Shown in pieces: positions 9,374 to 20,596 of a stretch of DNA of 64,000 nucleotides. The stretch is taken from contig OZ219754.1 in the NCBI GenBank assembly GCA_964291295.2, positions 1,344,001 to 1,408,000 of the forward strand. Direction: 5' to 3'. Position 1 is the first letter of the stretch. Every line of letters starts with the position of its first letter. The notes beneath the pieces were generated by a model, which made no database searches, was not told the origin of the DNA, and worked only from the letters and a program-made list of their open reading frames with translations. Both the position numbers and the translations under genes were made by a program. This stretch comes from an uncultured Candidatus Binatia bacterium (GTDB lineage Bacteria > Desulfobacterota > Binatia > UBA9968 > JAJDTQ01).

Positions 9374-10798
9374 GTGCCATCGCAAATGAAGATGTTTCTT
9401 GCCGGAGAATGGGTCGATCGACCGCGGATGCAGGAGGTCGGTAACCCATATGATGGCTCCGTCATTGACAACGTGCCGAAAGCCGGCCGCGACGACGTGG
9501 AGCGCGCGCTAGCGTTTGCCGCACGCGGGGCCGCCGTCATGGGACGCATGACGGCCCACGCGCGCTGGCAGGTGCTGACCCGGGCGGCGGCCATCATGGC
9601 GGAGCGGGTGGACGAGCTGGGTACGCTCATCTCGAGCGAAGAGGGCAAGATCCTGGCCGAGGGAAAGGGCGAGGTGCGCCGGGCGGTGGAGACCCTGACG
9701 GCTTCGGCCGAAGAGGCCAAGCGGCTCCATGGCGAGACCGTGCCGCTGGACGCGGACCCCGCGGGAGCGGGCAGGCTTGCCTTCACGCTGCGCGTGCCCT
9801 GCGGCGTCGTGGTGGCCATCGGCCCCTTCAACTTTCCGCTCAATCTGCTGTGCCACAAGGTGGGCCCGGCCATCGCCGGCGGCAACGCGGTGATCATCAA
9901 GCCGGCGTCGGACACTCCGCTGTCGGGGCTCAGGCTGACGGAGATTCTGCTCGAGGCCGGAGTGCCGCCCGAGGGCGTGCAGTGCCTGACCGGCTCGGGC
10001 AGCGAGATCGGCGACCCGCTGGTGTCCGACGGCCGGGTTCGCAAGATCACCTTTACCGGCAGCCGCGAGGTGGGTGAGAACATCTGTCGGATAGCGGGCA
10101 TCAAGAAGGTCACCCTGGAGCTGGGCTCCAACTGCCCGGTGATCGTGATGCCGGACGCGGACCTCGACAAGGTGGCCGCCGCGGTGGCCGCCACGGGTTA
10201 CGCGAACTCGGGGCAGGTCTGCATCTCCACCCAGCGCGTGCTGGCCGACCGCCGGGTGTACGCGGATTTTCTCGACGTTCTCGCGCCCAAGGTGGAAGCC
10301 CTCGCCACCGGCAGCCAGCTTGACACGACGACCCAGGTGGGGCCGATGATCAAGGAGAGCGAGGCCGTCCGGGTCGAACAGTGGGTGAATGAGGCGTTGG
10401 GCGAGGGTGCCCGGCTGGTGGCCGGCGGTTCCCGCAGCGGCGCGGTCTACACCCCTGCCGTGGTGGCCGACGTGTCCCGGGAGATGCGGGTCGCACGCGA
10501 CGAACTCTTCGGCCCGGCGGTCGGGGTGATGCCGTTCGAGTCCATCGACGAGGCCATGGCGCTGGCCAACGATACGGTCTACGGCCTGTCCGCGGGCATC
10601 TTCACCGAGAACATCGGTTGGGCCATGCGGTTCGCCCGGGAGGTCGAGTCCGGCAATCTGCACGTCAATTGGGGTCCCCAGTGGCGTGCCGACGTCATGC
10701 CCTACGGCGGGCTCAAGGAGTCGGGTTTCGGCAAGGAGGGGCCCCGGTACGCCATCGAGGAGATGACCGAACTCAAGACCGTGGTCTTTCACCTGTAG
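9374..10798 (+). CDS. NAD(P)-dependent aldehyde dehydrogenase family protein
   Basis: PFNFPLNL, KPAS, FTGS, LELG, catalytic GQVCIS, ELFGP and PYGGLKESGFGKEG. The substrate cannot be assigned from sequence. Confidence 0.93.
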   Translation: MPSQMKMFLAGEWVDRPRMQEVGNPYDGSVIDNVPKAGRDDVERALAFAARGAAVMGRMTAHARWQVLTRAAAIMAERVDELGTLISSEEGKILAEGKGEVRRAVETLTASAEEAKRLHGETVPLDADPAGAGRLAFTLRVPCGVVVAIGPFNFPLNLLCHKVGPAIAGGNAVIIKPASDTPLSGLRLTEILLEAGVPPEGVQCLTGSGSEIGDPLVSDGRVRKITFTGSREVGENICRIAGIKKVTLELGSNCPVIVMPDADLDKVAAAVAATGYANSGQVCISTQRVLADRRVYADFLDVLAPKVEALATGSQLDTTTQVGPMIKESEAVRVEQWVNEALGEGARLVAGGSRSGAVYTPAVVADVSREMRVARDELFGPAVGVMPFESIDEAMALANDTVYGLSAGIFTENIGWAMRFAREVESGNLHVNWGPQWRADVMPYGGLKESGFGKEGPRYAIEEMTELKTVVFHL

Positions 10799-10849
10799 GA
10801 ACGGGCTGCGAACCCGCCGGGCCACGGTTTCCGGGAGGCCGACACGAAC

Positions 10850-11647
10850 ATGCGAGCGAACGGACGCGGGGACCAGGCCCTGCGTCCCATCGACATCACG
10901 CCGGGTTTCATCAAGCACGCTGACGGCTCGGCGTTGATCGAGATGGGGGATACCCGGGTTATCTGCACCGCCAAGATCGAGGACCGGGTGCCGCCGTTCC
11001 TGCGCAGGTCGGGGAGGGGATGGATCACCGCGGAGTACGGCATGTTGCCGTCGTCGTCGCCGACGCGGATTCCCAGGGAGGCCGCACGTGGCAAGGTGGG
11101 CGGCCGCACTCACGAGATCCAGCGGTTGATCGGACGCAGCCTCCGCTCGGTGGCGAATCTCGACTACCTGGGCGAGCGGACGGTGTGGCTCGACTGCGAC
11201 GTCATCCAGGCGGACGGTGGGACCCGGACCGCCGCCATTACCGGAGCCTGCGTGGCCTTGGCCTGCGCCGTGGAGCGGTGGACGGCCGACAACACCGTGC
11301 CCGAGGGCCTGCTGGGGGACCGCGTCGCCGCGGTCAGCGCGGGTGTGGTGGATGGACAGGCGCTGCTGGATCTGGACGCCGGGGAAGACAACCGCGCCGA
11401 GGTGGACATGAACTTCGTGATGACCGGGTCGGGGAAGTTCGTGGAGGTGCAGGGAACTGCCGAGAAGCAGCCGTTCAGTCCGGCGAGACTCGATCAGTTG
11501 ATCCGGCTGGCGCAGTCGGGCATTCAACGAATTCTGGAGCTTCAGCAGCGGGTCCTCCGGGACTGGCGCGAGTCTTCGCAGGGGGCAGTTTCCGGACCGG
11601 TTCGCGGCGTCGGAGCTTTCCGGCGCGAAAACGGGCCTCAGGCTTGA
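10850..11647 (+). CDS. rph: Ribonuclease PH
   Basis: GWITAEYGMLP, GRTHEIQRLIGRSLR, CDVIQADGGTRTAAITG and EVQGTAE motifs. Confidence 0.96.
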   Translation: MRANGRGDQALRPIDITPGFIKHADGSALIEMGDTRVICTAKIEDRVPPFLRRSGRGWITAEYGMLPSSSPTRIPREAARGKVGGRTHEIQRLIGRSLRSVANLDYLGERTVWLDCDVIQADGGTRTAAITGACVALACAVERWTADNTVPEGLLGDRVAAVSAGVVDGQALLDLDAGEDNRAEVDMNFVMTGSGKFVEVQGTAEKQPFSPARLDQLIRLAQSGIQRILELQQRVLRDWRESSQGAVSGPVRGVGAFRRENGPQA

Positions 11648-11671
11648 TATCGACGCGGCATGCGCTAGAAT
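11644..11671 (+). promoter_or_regulatory. Sigma70-type promoter for the tRNA-Pro/Arg/His/Lys cluster
   Basis: TTGATA, 16 nt spacer, TAGAAT, ending 13 nt before tRNA-Pro. Confidence 0.6.
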
Positions 11672-11684
11672 GCAGACACCGTGA

Positions 11685-11761
11685 CGGGGCGTGGCGCAGT
11701 CAGGTAGCGCACCTGCCTTGGGAGCAGGGGGTCGGCCGTTCGAATCGGCTCGCCCCGACCA
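11685..11761 (+). tRNA. tRNA-Pro (TGG)
   Basis: Cloverleaf with acceptor CGGGGCG/CGCCCCG, anticodon arm CCTGC-ctTGGga-GCAGG, TTCGAATC and encoded CCA. Confidence 0.96.
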
Positions 11762-11856
11762 CACCGTCAGGCCGACGAACCGTGGCGTACAGTCCCGGGA
11801 GCCGGCGAGTTGCCGGGAGCGGGCCTCGAAGGAACGGGTTGAAGGAACGACTCGAC

Positions 11857-11933
<77 letters not shown>

Positions 11934-11986
11934 CACAAAGGCGCCGGAGTCCGGTCGTAGCCCGGTATTCCCCGGCAGTGGTCTCT

Positions 11987-12132
11987 GGCGGGTGTCTGCG
12001 GCGGGTGTTCCTGGTGTATGTGTTTTTGGGAACATGTACCGGGTGAACGTTTACTGGGTGAACTTGTTTTGGGAATGTGTACTTGGCAGGCATCTGGTGA
12101 ACGTCCTGTGAGTTTCTTTGGTGAGTGTGTCT
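11987..12132. repeat. Degenerate 13-15 nt G/T-rich tandem array between tRNA-Arg and tRNA-His
   Basis: ggcgggtgt x2, then ggtgaacgtttactg / ggtgaacttgttttg and similar units, ending in ggtgagtgtgtct immediately before the tRNA-His start ggtgagtgt. Confidence 0.6.
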
Positions 12133-12210
12133 GGTGAGTGTAGCTCAATTGGTTAGAGCACTGGACTGTGGCTCCAGGGGTTGAGGGTTCAAGTCCCTTC
12201 ACTCACCCCA
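12133..12210 (+). tRNA. tRNA-His (GTG), including encoded G-1
   Basis: Acceptor GTGAGTG/CACTCAC with G-1:C73, anticodon CTGGA-ctGTGgc-TCCAG, encoded CCA. Confidence 0.96.
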
Positions 12211-12235
12211 GTCAACCCGGTCAAAGGGGCCGTGC

Positions 12236-12308
<73 letters not shown>

Positions 12309-12476
12309 CTCCTCCCTCCCTCAAGGCCTCAAGGGCCATCCGGCCCGGTTCGAGCCGGGCCCGGTTCAAGCCGATTCGCATCTTTCCTCGTGGGCGGCCC
12401 GGCCAGGAAACATCCCGGACCGTGGTTATTTGACTTGCGGTTCCTGAGGTTGTTACAGGGACACTGCAGCCAGTAC

Positions 12477-12559
12477 GCGAGAGTGGCGGAACTGGTAGAC
12501 GCACTAGACTTAGGATCTAGCGGGTAACCGTGGGGGTTCGAGTCCCCCCTCTCGCACCA
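12477..12559 (+). tRNA. tRNA-Leu (TAG)
   Basis: Acceptor GCGAGAG/CTCTCGC, anticodon CTAGA-ctTAGga-TCTAG, variable arm and CCA. Sits in the usual position upstream of tig. Confidence 0.95.
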
Positions 12560-12586
12560 TTGTCGGCATTCGGGGGCAGATCAGCG

Positions 12587-13903
12587 ATGAAATGTGAAAT
12601 CGATGTATTGACGCCTGTCCGGAGAAGGCTTCGGGTGGAGGTTCCGGCCGAGCGGGTGGACAAGGCGTTTGCACGCACCTACCGGCAGTACGGGCGTCAG
12701 GCCCGAGTCCGCGGCTTTCGTTCCGGCAAGGTGCCGCCGCAAGTGCTGCGGGGGCTCTACGGCACCGAGATACAGGCCCGGGTCTTGTCGGACCTGGTGC
12801 AGGAATCGCTTGCCGGCGCGGTGGAGGACCAGGGCCTGGAGCCGGTGTCCGAGCCGCGGCTCGAGACCGGCGACCTGACCGAAGCCCGGCCGTTCGCGTT
12901 CACCGCCGTGTTCGAGGTGAAGCCGGCCATTGAGCTCAAGACCTACCGCGCCATTCCCGTGGAACGTGTGCGTGTCGAGGTCGGTGACGAGGACGTGGAG
13001 CGTGCGTTGAAGTCGCTTCAGGATCGGAATGCCCAGTTGGAGGCGGTGGAGGGGCGTGACGTGGTGGAGGACGGCGACCATGTGCTGATGGATTTCGCCG
13101 GTTCGGTGGCGGGCGAGCCCCTGCCGGGGAGCGCGACGGAGAATCATGCGGTGGACATCGGCGCGGGACAGGCCTTGCCGGAGTTCGAACGGGGTCTTGT
13201 GGGAATGAGACGGGGCGTGCCCGGGAACATCACGGTGCACTTTCCGCCGGACGGCAACGACAAGCGCGTGGCCGGAAAGACGGTGGACTTCCGGGTGACC
13301 GTGCGGGACATGCGGAACAAGACACTGCCCCCTCTCGATGACGAGTTCGCCCGCGACTACGGCGGCTGCGACTCGCTGGAGGAACTGCGCGGGAAGGTGC
13401 GCGCGGAGCTCCGGAACGAGATCGAGACGGTTCAGGACGGCTCGCTGAAGGAGCGGATCCTGGATCGGCTTCTCGACGCGCATCCTTTCGAGGTGGCTCC
13501 ATCCATGGTCGAGCGGGAGCTGTCGTATCTCCTGCGCCTCGCCGGGAACGAGCGGGGTTCGCCGGAAACGGAGACTCCCTCTCCGACCACGGAGGAGCTC
13601 CGGGAGGAGTTGAGGCCGCAGGCGGAACGGCGCGTCAGGATGATGCTGCTGGTGGAGAGGATCGCCGCGGCCGAAGGCATCACGGCCTCGGACGAGGAGG
13701 TTGGCGCCCGCATCGAGGCCATGGTGCGGGCCAGCGGCGGGCAAGCGGCGGCGGTCCGGGAGCGGTATGGCCAGGACGACGCACGAGAGACGATGCGCAC
13801 CCGGCTCGTGTCCGAAAAGACGCTGGCTTTCCTGCTGGAGCAGGCGGACGTCGCGGTGGTGGATCCTCCGGCAAAGGTTGCCGGCGAACAAAAAAGAGGT
13901 TAG
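12587..13903 (+). CDS. tig: Trigger factor
   Basis: Ribosome-binding motif GFRSGKVP and an FKBP-like middle domain, in tRNA-Leu-tig-clpP synteny. Start moved to ATG 12587 because the track start overlaps the tRNA. Confidence 0.93.
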   Translation: MKCEIDVLTPVRRRLRVEVPAERVDKAFARTYRQYGRQARVRGFRSGKVPPQVLRGLYGTEIQARVLSDLVQESLAGAVEDQGLEPVSEPRLETGDLTEARPFAFTAVFEVKPAIELKTYRAIPVERVRVEVGDEDVERALKSLQDRNAQLEAVEGRDVVEDGDHVLMDFAGSVAGEPLPGSATENHAVDIGAGQALPEFERGLVGMRRGVPGNITVHFPPDGNDKRVAGKTVDFRVTVRDMRNKTLPPLDDEFARDYGGCDSLEELRGKVRAELRNEIETVQDGSLKERILDRLLDAHPFEVAPSMVERELSYLLRLAGNERGSPETETPSPTTEELREELRPQAERRVRMMLLVERIAAAEGITASDEEVGARIEAMVRASGGQAAAVRERYGQDDARETMRTRLVSEKTLAFLLEQADVAVVDPPAKVAGEQKRG

Positions 13904-13957
13904 ACTTTCTGGTGGCGTGACCACCCGGAGCGGGACAGGCAGCATGAGACCGACAGC

Positions 13958-14560
13958 ATGAATTTCATTCCTTTCGTCGTAGAGCAGACCGGTCGCGGGG
14001 AGCGCGCCTATGACATCTATTCCCGCCTCTTGAAGGATCGAATCGTATTTCTGGGAAGTCCGGTCGTCGACGAGGTGGCGAATCTGATCACCGCCCAGTT
14101 GCTGTTCCTGGAGTCCGAAGATCCGGAACGCGACATCTACTTCTACATCAATTCTCCGGGCGGCTCGGTGACCGCCGGTCTGGCCATCTACGACACCATT
14201 CAGTACATCCGCCCGCAGGTTTCCACCGTGTGCCTGGGCCAGGCGGCCAGCATGGGCGCCGTCCTGCTGGCAGCCGGCGAGAAGGGCAAGCGCCATGCGC
14301 TGCCGCACTCGCGCATCATGATTCATCAGCCACTCGGCGGCTTTCAGGGGACCGCCGCGGACGTGGACATCCAGGCCCGGGAGATTCTCAGGATGCGGGA
14401 GGAGCTCGGCGCGATTCTCGTCAGGCACACGGGTCAATCGTTGCAGAAAATCGAGCGGGACACCGACCGGGACCTGTTCATGACAGGTCAGCAGGCTTTG
14501 GAATATGGATTGGTGGACCAGGTGATCACCTGCCGCCTTGATGCAACCACGCAGGGGTGA
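13958..14560 (+). CDS. clpP: ATP-dependent Clp protease proteolytic subunit
   Basis: [33 protein letters not shown] and DRD motifs. Confidence 0.98.
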   Translation: MNFIPFVVEQTGRGERAYDIYSRLLKDRIVFLGSPVVDEVANLITAQLLFLESEDPERDIYFYINSPGGSVTAGLAIYDTIQYIRPQVSTVCLGQAASMGAVLLAAGEKGKRHALPHSRIMIHQPLGGFQGTAADVDIQAREILRMREELGAILVRHTGQSLQKIERDTDRDLFMTGQQALEYGLVDQVITCRLDATTQG

Positions 14561-14571
14561 AGGGAGTTTCA

Positions 14572-15819
<1,248 letters not shown>

Positions 15820-15829
15820 GGGGGTGCCC

Positions 15830-18289
15830 ATGCTGTTTCGCAGCGACAGGAAGGACGACGACCAGGGAACGGACAACACGGTGACGGCACCGTTGCTGCC
15901 GCTCCGGGACATCATCGTCTTCCCGCACATGGTGGTGCCCCTGTTCGTGGGGCGGCAGAAATCGATCCGGGCGCTCGAAGAGGCGTCCCGCAAGCAGACG
16001 GCGATCTTTCTTGCATCACAGAAGGACGCCAGGACCAACGAGCCAAGCGAGGATGACATCTACCCCATCGGTACGCTGGGCAGCGTCGTGCAGATGCTCA
16101 AGTTGCCGGACGGGACGGTCAAGGTTCTGGTGGAGGGCAAGCAGCGCGGCAGGGTCGCGCGGTATCTGACGCATCCCGAGTTCTTTCTGGTGGAAGTGGA
16201 GGAGCTGGAGGATGTGGTGGAGCAGGGTGCGGAGGTGGGCGCGGTGGTGCGCGAGGTCCACGGCGCGTTCGAGAACTACGTCAAGGTCAAGAAGAAGATC
16301 CCTCCCGAGATGGTCATGTCGGTCTCCGCCATCGAAGAGCCCGGCAAGCTGGCGGATACCATAACCGGACATCTCGGAATCAAGCTTGAGGAACGACAGG
16401 TTCTGCTGGAAACCATCAAGGCCACCGAGCGGCTCGAGAAGGTGCTGGGCCATTTGCGGGCGGAAATCGAGATCCTTGAGGTGGAGCGCCGGATTCGGTC
16501 GCGCGTCAAGAAGCAGATGGAGCGCTCCCAGAAGGAGTACTACCTGAACGAGCAAATGCGGGCCATCCAGAAGGAACTCGGCGAGAAGGACGAGTTCAAG
16601 AACGAGATGCAGGAGATTGAGGAGAAGATCAAGCAGACGAAGCTGTCCGCCGAGGCGAAGGAAAAGGTCGAGAAGGAACTGAAGAAGCTGAAGATGATGT
16701 CGCCCATGTCGGCGGAGGCGACGGTGGTCCGGAACTACATCGACTGGATTCTCAGCCTGCCTTGGCACAGCTATACCGAGGACAAGCTCGATATCAACGA
16801 AGCCGAGAAGGTGCTGGAGGAGGACCACTACGGGCTCGGCAAGGTCAAGGAGAGGATCCTCGAGTATCTGGCGGTGCAGACCTTGGTGGGCAAGATCAAG
16901 GGCCCCATCCTCTGTCTGGTGGGGCCGCCGGGCGTCGGCAAGACCTCCCTCGGACGTTCCATCGCCCGGGCCACGGGGCGGAAGTTCGTTCGGGTATCCC
17001 TCGGCGGAGTGCGTGACGAGGCCGAGATCCGGGGGCACCGCCGCACCTATATCGGCGCCTTGCCGGGAAAGATCATCCAGTCCCTCAAGAAGGCGGGTTC
17101 GAACAATCCGGTCTTTCTGATGGACGAGGTGGACAAGATGTCCATGGACTTCCGCGGCGACCCTTCGTCGGCGCTGCTGGAAGTGCTGGATCCGGAACAG
17201 AACCAGGCTTTCAACGACCACTATCTGGACCTGGACTACGATCTTTCCAAGATCATGTTCATCACCACGGCCAACACGCTGGAGGGTATTCCCCGCCCGT
17301 TGCAGGACCGCATGGAGATCATCCGGATCGCGGGTTACACCGAACTGGAGAAGCTGAACATCGCGAAGAAATACCTGGTGGTGAAACAGCGCGAGGCCAA
17401 CGGCCTGAACGATGCGAACATCGTGCTGTCGGACAGCGCCGTGCTGGGTCTCATACGCCACTACACCAAGGAGGCGGGAGTTCGGAATCTGGAGCGCGAG
17501 ATTGCCTCCATTTTCCGCAAGGTCGCGGTGGACGTGGTGAAGAACGACCGCAAGTCGAAGACCAGCGTGGGCGGCCGGAACCTGCAGAAGTATCTGGGAC
17601 CCGCCAGATTCCGCTACGGCATGGCCGACGAGGCGCACCGGATCGGCACCACCACGGGTCTGGCCTGGACCGAGCTGGGAGGCGAGTTGCTCTCCACCGA
17701 AGTGTCCATCATGCCGGGCAAAGGCCAGTTGACCATCACCGGCAAGCTCGGGGATGTCATGCAGGAGTCGGCCCAGGCCGCCATGAGCTATGTGCGCTCG
17801 CGCGCCCTGGATCTTGGGCTGGACAAGGATTTCTACCAGAAGAACGACATCCACATTCACGTCCCGGAGGGTGCGATACCCAAGGACGGACCGTCAGCGG
17901 GCATCACCATGGCGACTTCGCTGGTATCGGCGTTGACGCGCATTCCCGTCTACCACGACGTGGCGATGACCGGTGAGATCACGCTCCGGGGTAACGTGCT
18001 GCCCATTGGCGGATTGAAGGAGAAGGTGCTCGCGGCCCATCGCGGCGGCATCAAGGCGGTGCTCATTCCGGAAGAGAACAAGAAGGACATCAACGAGATC
18101 CCGGCGACCGTGCTCAAGGGCGTGGAGTTGATTCTGGTGGCGCACATGGATGACGTCCTCAAGCGGGCTCTCGTGGTGAGTGATCCGGAGGCGCTGTTCA
18201 CGTCCCGGGAACTGGATGACGCTCCGGCTGATGCGCCCGCGGGGTTCGAAAAGAAGGACACCGAGTCCAGGCCCAGTCTTCCCCAGTGA
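15830..18289 (+). CDS. lon: Lon protease (endopeptidase La)
   Basis: PLLPLRD N-domain, [14 protein letters not shown] and catalytic PKDGPSAG. Start at 15830 (ATG) or 15824 (GTG). Confidence 0.98.
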   Translation: MLFRSDRKDDDQGTDNTVTAPLLPLRDIIVFPHMVVPLFVGRQKSIRALEEASRKQTAIFLASQKDARTNEPSEDDIYPIGTLGSVVQMLKLPDGTVKVLVEGKQRGRVARYLTHPEFFLVEVEELEDVVEQGAEVGAVVREVHGAFENYVKVKKKIPPEMVMSVSAIEEPGKLADTITGHLGIKLEERQVLLETIKATERLEKVLGHLRAEIEILEVERRIRSRVKKQMERSQKEYYLNEQMRAIQKELGEKDEFKNEMQEIEEKIKQTKLSAEAKEKVEKELKKLKMMSPMSAEATVVRNYIDWILSLPWHSYTEDKLDINEAEKVLEEDHYGLGKVKERILEYLAVQTLVGKIKGPILCLVGPPGVGKTSLGRSIARATGRKFVRVSLGGVRDEAEIRGHRRTYIGALPGKIIQSLKKAGSNNPVFLMDEVDKMSMDFRGDPSSALLEVLDPEQNQAFNDHYLDLDYDLSKIMFITTANTLEGIPRPLQDRMEIIRIAGYTELEKLNIAKKYLVVKQREANGLNDANIVLSDSAVLGLIRHYTKEAGVRNLEREIASIFRKVAVDVVKNDRKSKTSVGGRNLQKYLGPARFRYGMADEAHRIGTTTGLAWTELGGELLSTEVSIMPGKGQLTITGKLGDVMQESAQAAMSYVRSRALDLGLDKDFYQKNDIHIHVPEGAIPKDGPSAGITMATSLVSALTRIPVYHDVAMTGEITLRGNVLPIGGLKEKVLAAHRGGIKAVLIPEENKKDINEIPATVLKGVELILVAHMDDVLKRALVVSDPEALFTSRELDDAPADAPAGFEKKDTESRPSLPQ

Positions 18290-18335
18290 ACGGAGCATGG
18301 TCCGGGCCGCTCCCATTGGTCCGGACCGCTCCTTC

Positions 18336-18408
18336 GGGCGGTTAGCTCAGTTGGGAGAGCATCGGCCTTACAAGCCGGGGGTCACAGGTTCAAGTCCTGT
18401 ACCGCCCA
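18336..18408 (+). tRNA. tRNA-Val (TAC)
   Basis: Acceptor GGGCGGT/ACCGCCC, anticodon loop ctTACaa. CCA is not encoded. Confidence 0.95.
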
Positions 18409-18423
18409 TTCCCTGCGTCGGGG

Positions 18424-18452
18424 TTGCATTCCCTCGGGATTCCCGTTATATT
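18424..18452 (+). promoter_or_regulatory. Sigma70-type promoter for tRNA-Asp-rplM-rpsI
   Basis: TTGCAT, 17 nt spacer, TATATT, ending 11 nt before tRNA-Asp. Confidence 0.6.
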
Positions 18453-18463
18453 TGATTCCAATC

Positions 18464-18540
18464 GGGGTCGTAGTTCAGCTGGTTAGAACGCCGGCCTGTC
18501 ACGCCGGAGGTCGCGAGTTCGAGTCTCGTCGGCCCCGCCA
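18464..18540 (+). tRNA. tRNA-Asp (GTC)
   Basis: Acceptor GGGGTCG/CGGCCCC, anticodon CCGGC-ctGTCac-GCCGG, encoded CCA. Confidence 0.96.
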
Positions 18541-18551
18541 TTTTTTGCGGC

Positions 18552-18989
18552 ATGCGCACGGTTCAAATGACAAAGGAAGAGTCCTTGGCCCAGCGCCGCT
18601 GGTACGTCATCGACGCGGAGGACAAGGTGCTCGGACGGATGGCGAGCGAGATCGCCAGAGTGCTTCGTGGCAAGCACAAGCCATCCTTCAGTCCTCACGT
18701 GGACTCCGGCGACTTCGTCATCGTCGTAAACGCCAGGCGCGTCAAGCTGACCGGGGCCAAGGAGACCGACAAGCGCTACTATCGCCACACGGGTTATCCG
18801 GGAGGGTTGCGGGTGGCGAGCCTGCCGGAGATGCGTGCCAGGAAGCCGGAGGCGGTGGTGCGGCTGGCGGTAAGGGGGATGCTCCCGAAGAGCCGGCTCG
18901 GAAGAAGTCAGCTCGGCAAGTTGAAGATCTACGGCGGCCCGGAGCACCCTCATCAGGCGCAGTTGCCCGAGCCGCTCGATATCTCGTAG
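18552..18989 (+). CDS. rplM: 50S ribosomal protein L13
   Basis: [38 protein letters not shown] and GMLPK motifs. Confidence 0.97.
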   Translation: MRTVQMTKEESLAQRRWYVIDAEDKVLGRMASEIARVLRGKHKPSFSPHVDSGDFVIVVNARRVKLTGAKETDKRYYRHTGYPGGLRVASLPEMRARKPEAVVRLAVRGMLPKSRLGRSQLGKLKIYGGPEHPHQAQLPEPLDIS

Positions 18990-19026
18990 CGGTCCGTTTC
19001 GACCGGGTCCGTTGCGCGGCCAGAAG

Positions 19027-19082
19027 CGGATTCATCCAAACCGGCCCATCGAAACAAGTTCACCAAAACAGGTTCACCGATA
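19027..19082. repeat. Degenerate tandem repeat, 4 x 14 nt, directly upstream of rpsI
   Basis: cggattcatccaaa / ccggcccatcgaaa / caagttcaccaaaa / caggttcaccgata. Confidence 0.6.
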
Positions 19083-19474
19083 TGGCAGACGAGTTCGTTT
19101 ACGCAACCGGCAGACGGAAGACCGCGGTGGCGCGGGTCTATCTGAGACGTGGCAAGGGCGATATCCGGATCAACAAGCGGGTGCTGGAAGAGTATTTCGG
19201 TCGTGAAACGGCCAGGATGATCGTCCGTCAGCCCTTTCAGGTGACCCGGACCCTGGGCGATTTCGATCTCGTCGTCAACGTCAGGGGCGGTGGAAGCCTG
19301 GGCCAGGCCGGTGCCATCCGGCATGGCGTCACGCGAGCCTTGATGAAGGTGGATGAGGGTTTTCGCTCGCCGTTGAAGAAGGCCGGCTACGTTATCCGGG
19401 ATCCGCGTGCGGTGGAGCGGAAGAAATACGGCCGGCACAAGGCCCGGAAGCGTCCCCAGTTCTCCAAGCGCTGA
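19082..19474 (+). CDS. rpsI: 30S ribosomal protein S9
   Basis: [27 protein letters not shown] and C-terminal RKRPQFSKR. Start is ATG 19082. Confidence 0.97.
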   Translation: MADEFVYATGRRKTAVARVYLRRGKGDIRINKRVLEEYFGRETARMIVRQPFQVTRTLGDFDLVVNVRGGGSLGQAGAIRHGVTRALMKVDEGFRSPLKKAGYVIRDPRAVERKKYGRHKARKRPQFSKR

Positions 19475-19492
19475 TCGGCGGTCCTCCGCCAT

Positions 19493-20596
19493 TCATTCGG
19501 AGCCGGTATAGAAATACAGGCTCGCCACTCCCACGAGCATGTTGGGCGACCAGGCGGCAAGCCAGGGCGGCATCGCTCCAGCCTTGCCCAGCGACACGCA
19601 AAAGCCCAGCAGCACCCAGTAGGCGAAGCCGATGGCGACGGCGAGTCCGAAGTTCAGGACGAGATTGTCCTTTCTTCCGGGTTTCGACGCGAGTGCCACC
19701 GCCAGCAGGATGGTCAACGGAATGACCAGCGGTATGGCCACCTTGGTGTGCAGGCTGACGGTGTCCCGGACCGCATCGACACCCTTGACCCGCAAGTCGT
19801 CGATACGGGCCTTCAAATCGAAATAGCCGAACTCGTCCGGGGAACGCGCGAATATCCGGAAATCGTCGGGCCGTTCCTCCAGCGAGAGGGCCGTTCCCAC
19901 CGATTGCCGGCTGACGGTTCCGCCGGCCAGCAATCGCCATTCCGTGCCTCCTTCGGGGATCCAGCGGGTGCCGTCCCAGTTTGCAGCGGGCACCTCGACG
20001 ACTCCGTCCAGCCTGAATTCCGGGGTGAGTCGGTAGATCACCAGACCGTGGAGCCGGTTGCGTTCCGTGTCGAAGTCGTCGGCCCGCAGGAAGGCGCCGT
20101 TGCTCCGCATCCATATTTCCTTGTTGCCGAACACCGACTGGAGTTGTTTCTTGCGTACCTTCACGTCGTAGATGTGCTTGGCCTTGCTGGTGGAAAAGGG
20201 TACCGCGGTCTCGTTCCACAAGAAGGTGGCGACGCTGATTCCGAGGGCCGCCAACAGCAACGGCACCGTGACGCGATGGAGGCTGAGGCCGCAGGCGCGG
20301 ATGGCGACCAGTTCGTGCCGCCGTGACAGCGAGCCGAGGACCAGGAAAGCGGCGAACAGTGCCGCAAACCCCGTGCCGCGGGAGATCAGCAGGGGCAGCC
20401 GGTGGATGAAGTAGGCGACCGCGGTCGAAAACGCCGCGCCGCTCCCCATCAGGTTGTCGATCCGGTTGAAGATGTCCCCCATCATGTGCATCAGGACAAC
20501 CACGGCGAGCGCGGCGGCGAAGCCCCGGGCGAACAGCGCCAACAGGTAACGGTCGAGGGTGCTTCCCAGGGGAGGGCTCGGAAAACAAGGGATCAT
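19493..20596 (-). CDS. lptG: LPS export ABC transporter permease LptG
   Basis: TLDRYLL N-terminus, LSRRHELVAIRACGLS YjgP/Q motif and C-terminal LAAWSPN. ATGA overlap with the upstream paralog. Confidence 0.85.
   Translation of the reverse strand: MIPCFPSPPLGSTLDRYLLALFARGFAAALAVVVLMHMMGDIFNRIDNLMGSGAAFSTAVAYFIHRLPLLISRGTGFAALFAAFLVLGSLSRRHELVAIRACGLSLHRVTVPLLLAALGISVATFLWNETAVPFSTSKAKHIYDVKVRKKQLQSVFGNKEIWMRSNGAFLRADDFDTERNRLHGLVIYRLTPEFRLDGVVEVPAANWDGTRWIPEGGTEWRLLAGGTVSRQSVGTALSLEERPDDFRIFARSPDEFGYFDLKARIDDLRVKGVDAVRDTVSLHTKVAIPLVIPLTILLAVALASKPGRKDNLVLNFGLAVAIGFAYWVLLGFCVSLGKAGAMPPWLAAWSPNMLVGVASLYFYTGSE

Noticed and set aside
18452-19474. 340-aa ORF that looks like an N-terminally extended S9; likewise the extended track ORFs for RpoA (51356), L23 (40601), S19 (41257) and L24 (44460)
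   Set aside because: The extensions run out of frame through upstream genes or tRNA-Asp. Canonical starts are present downstream.
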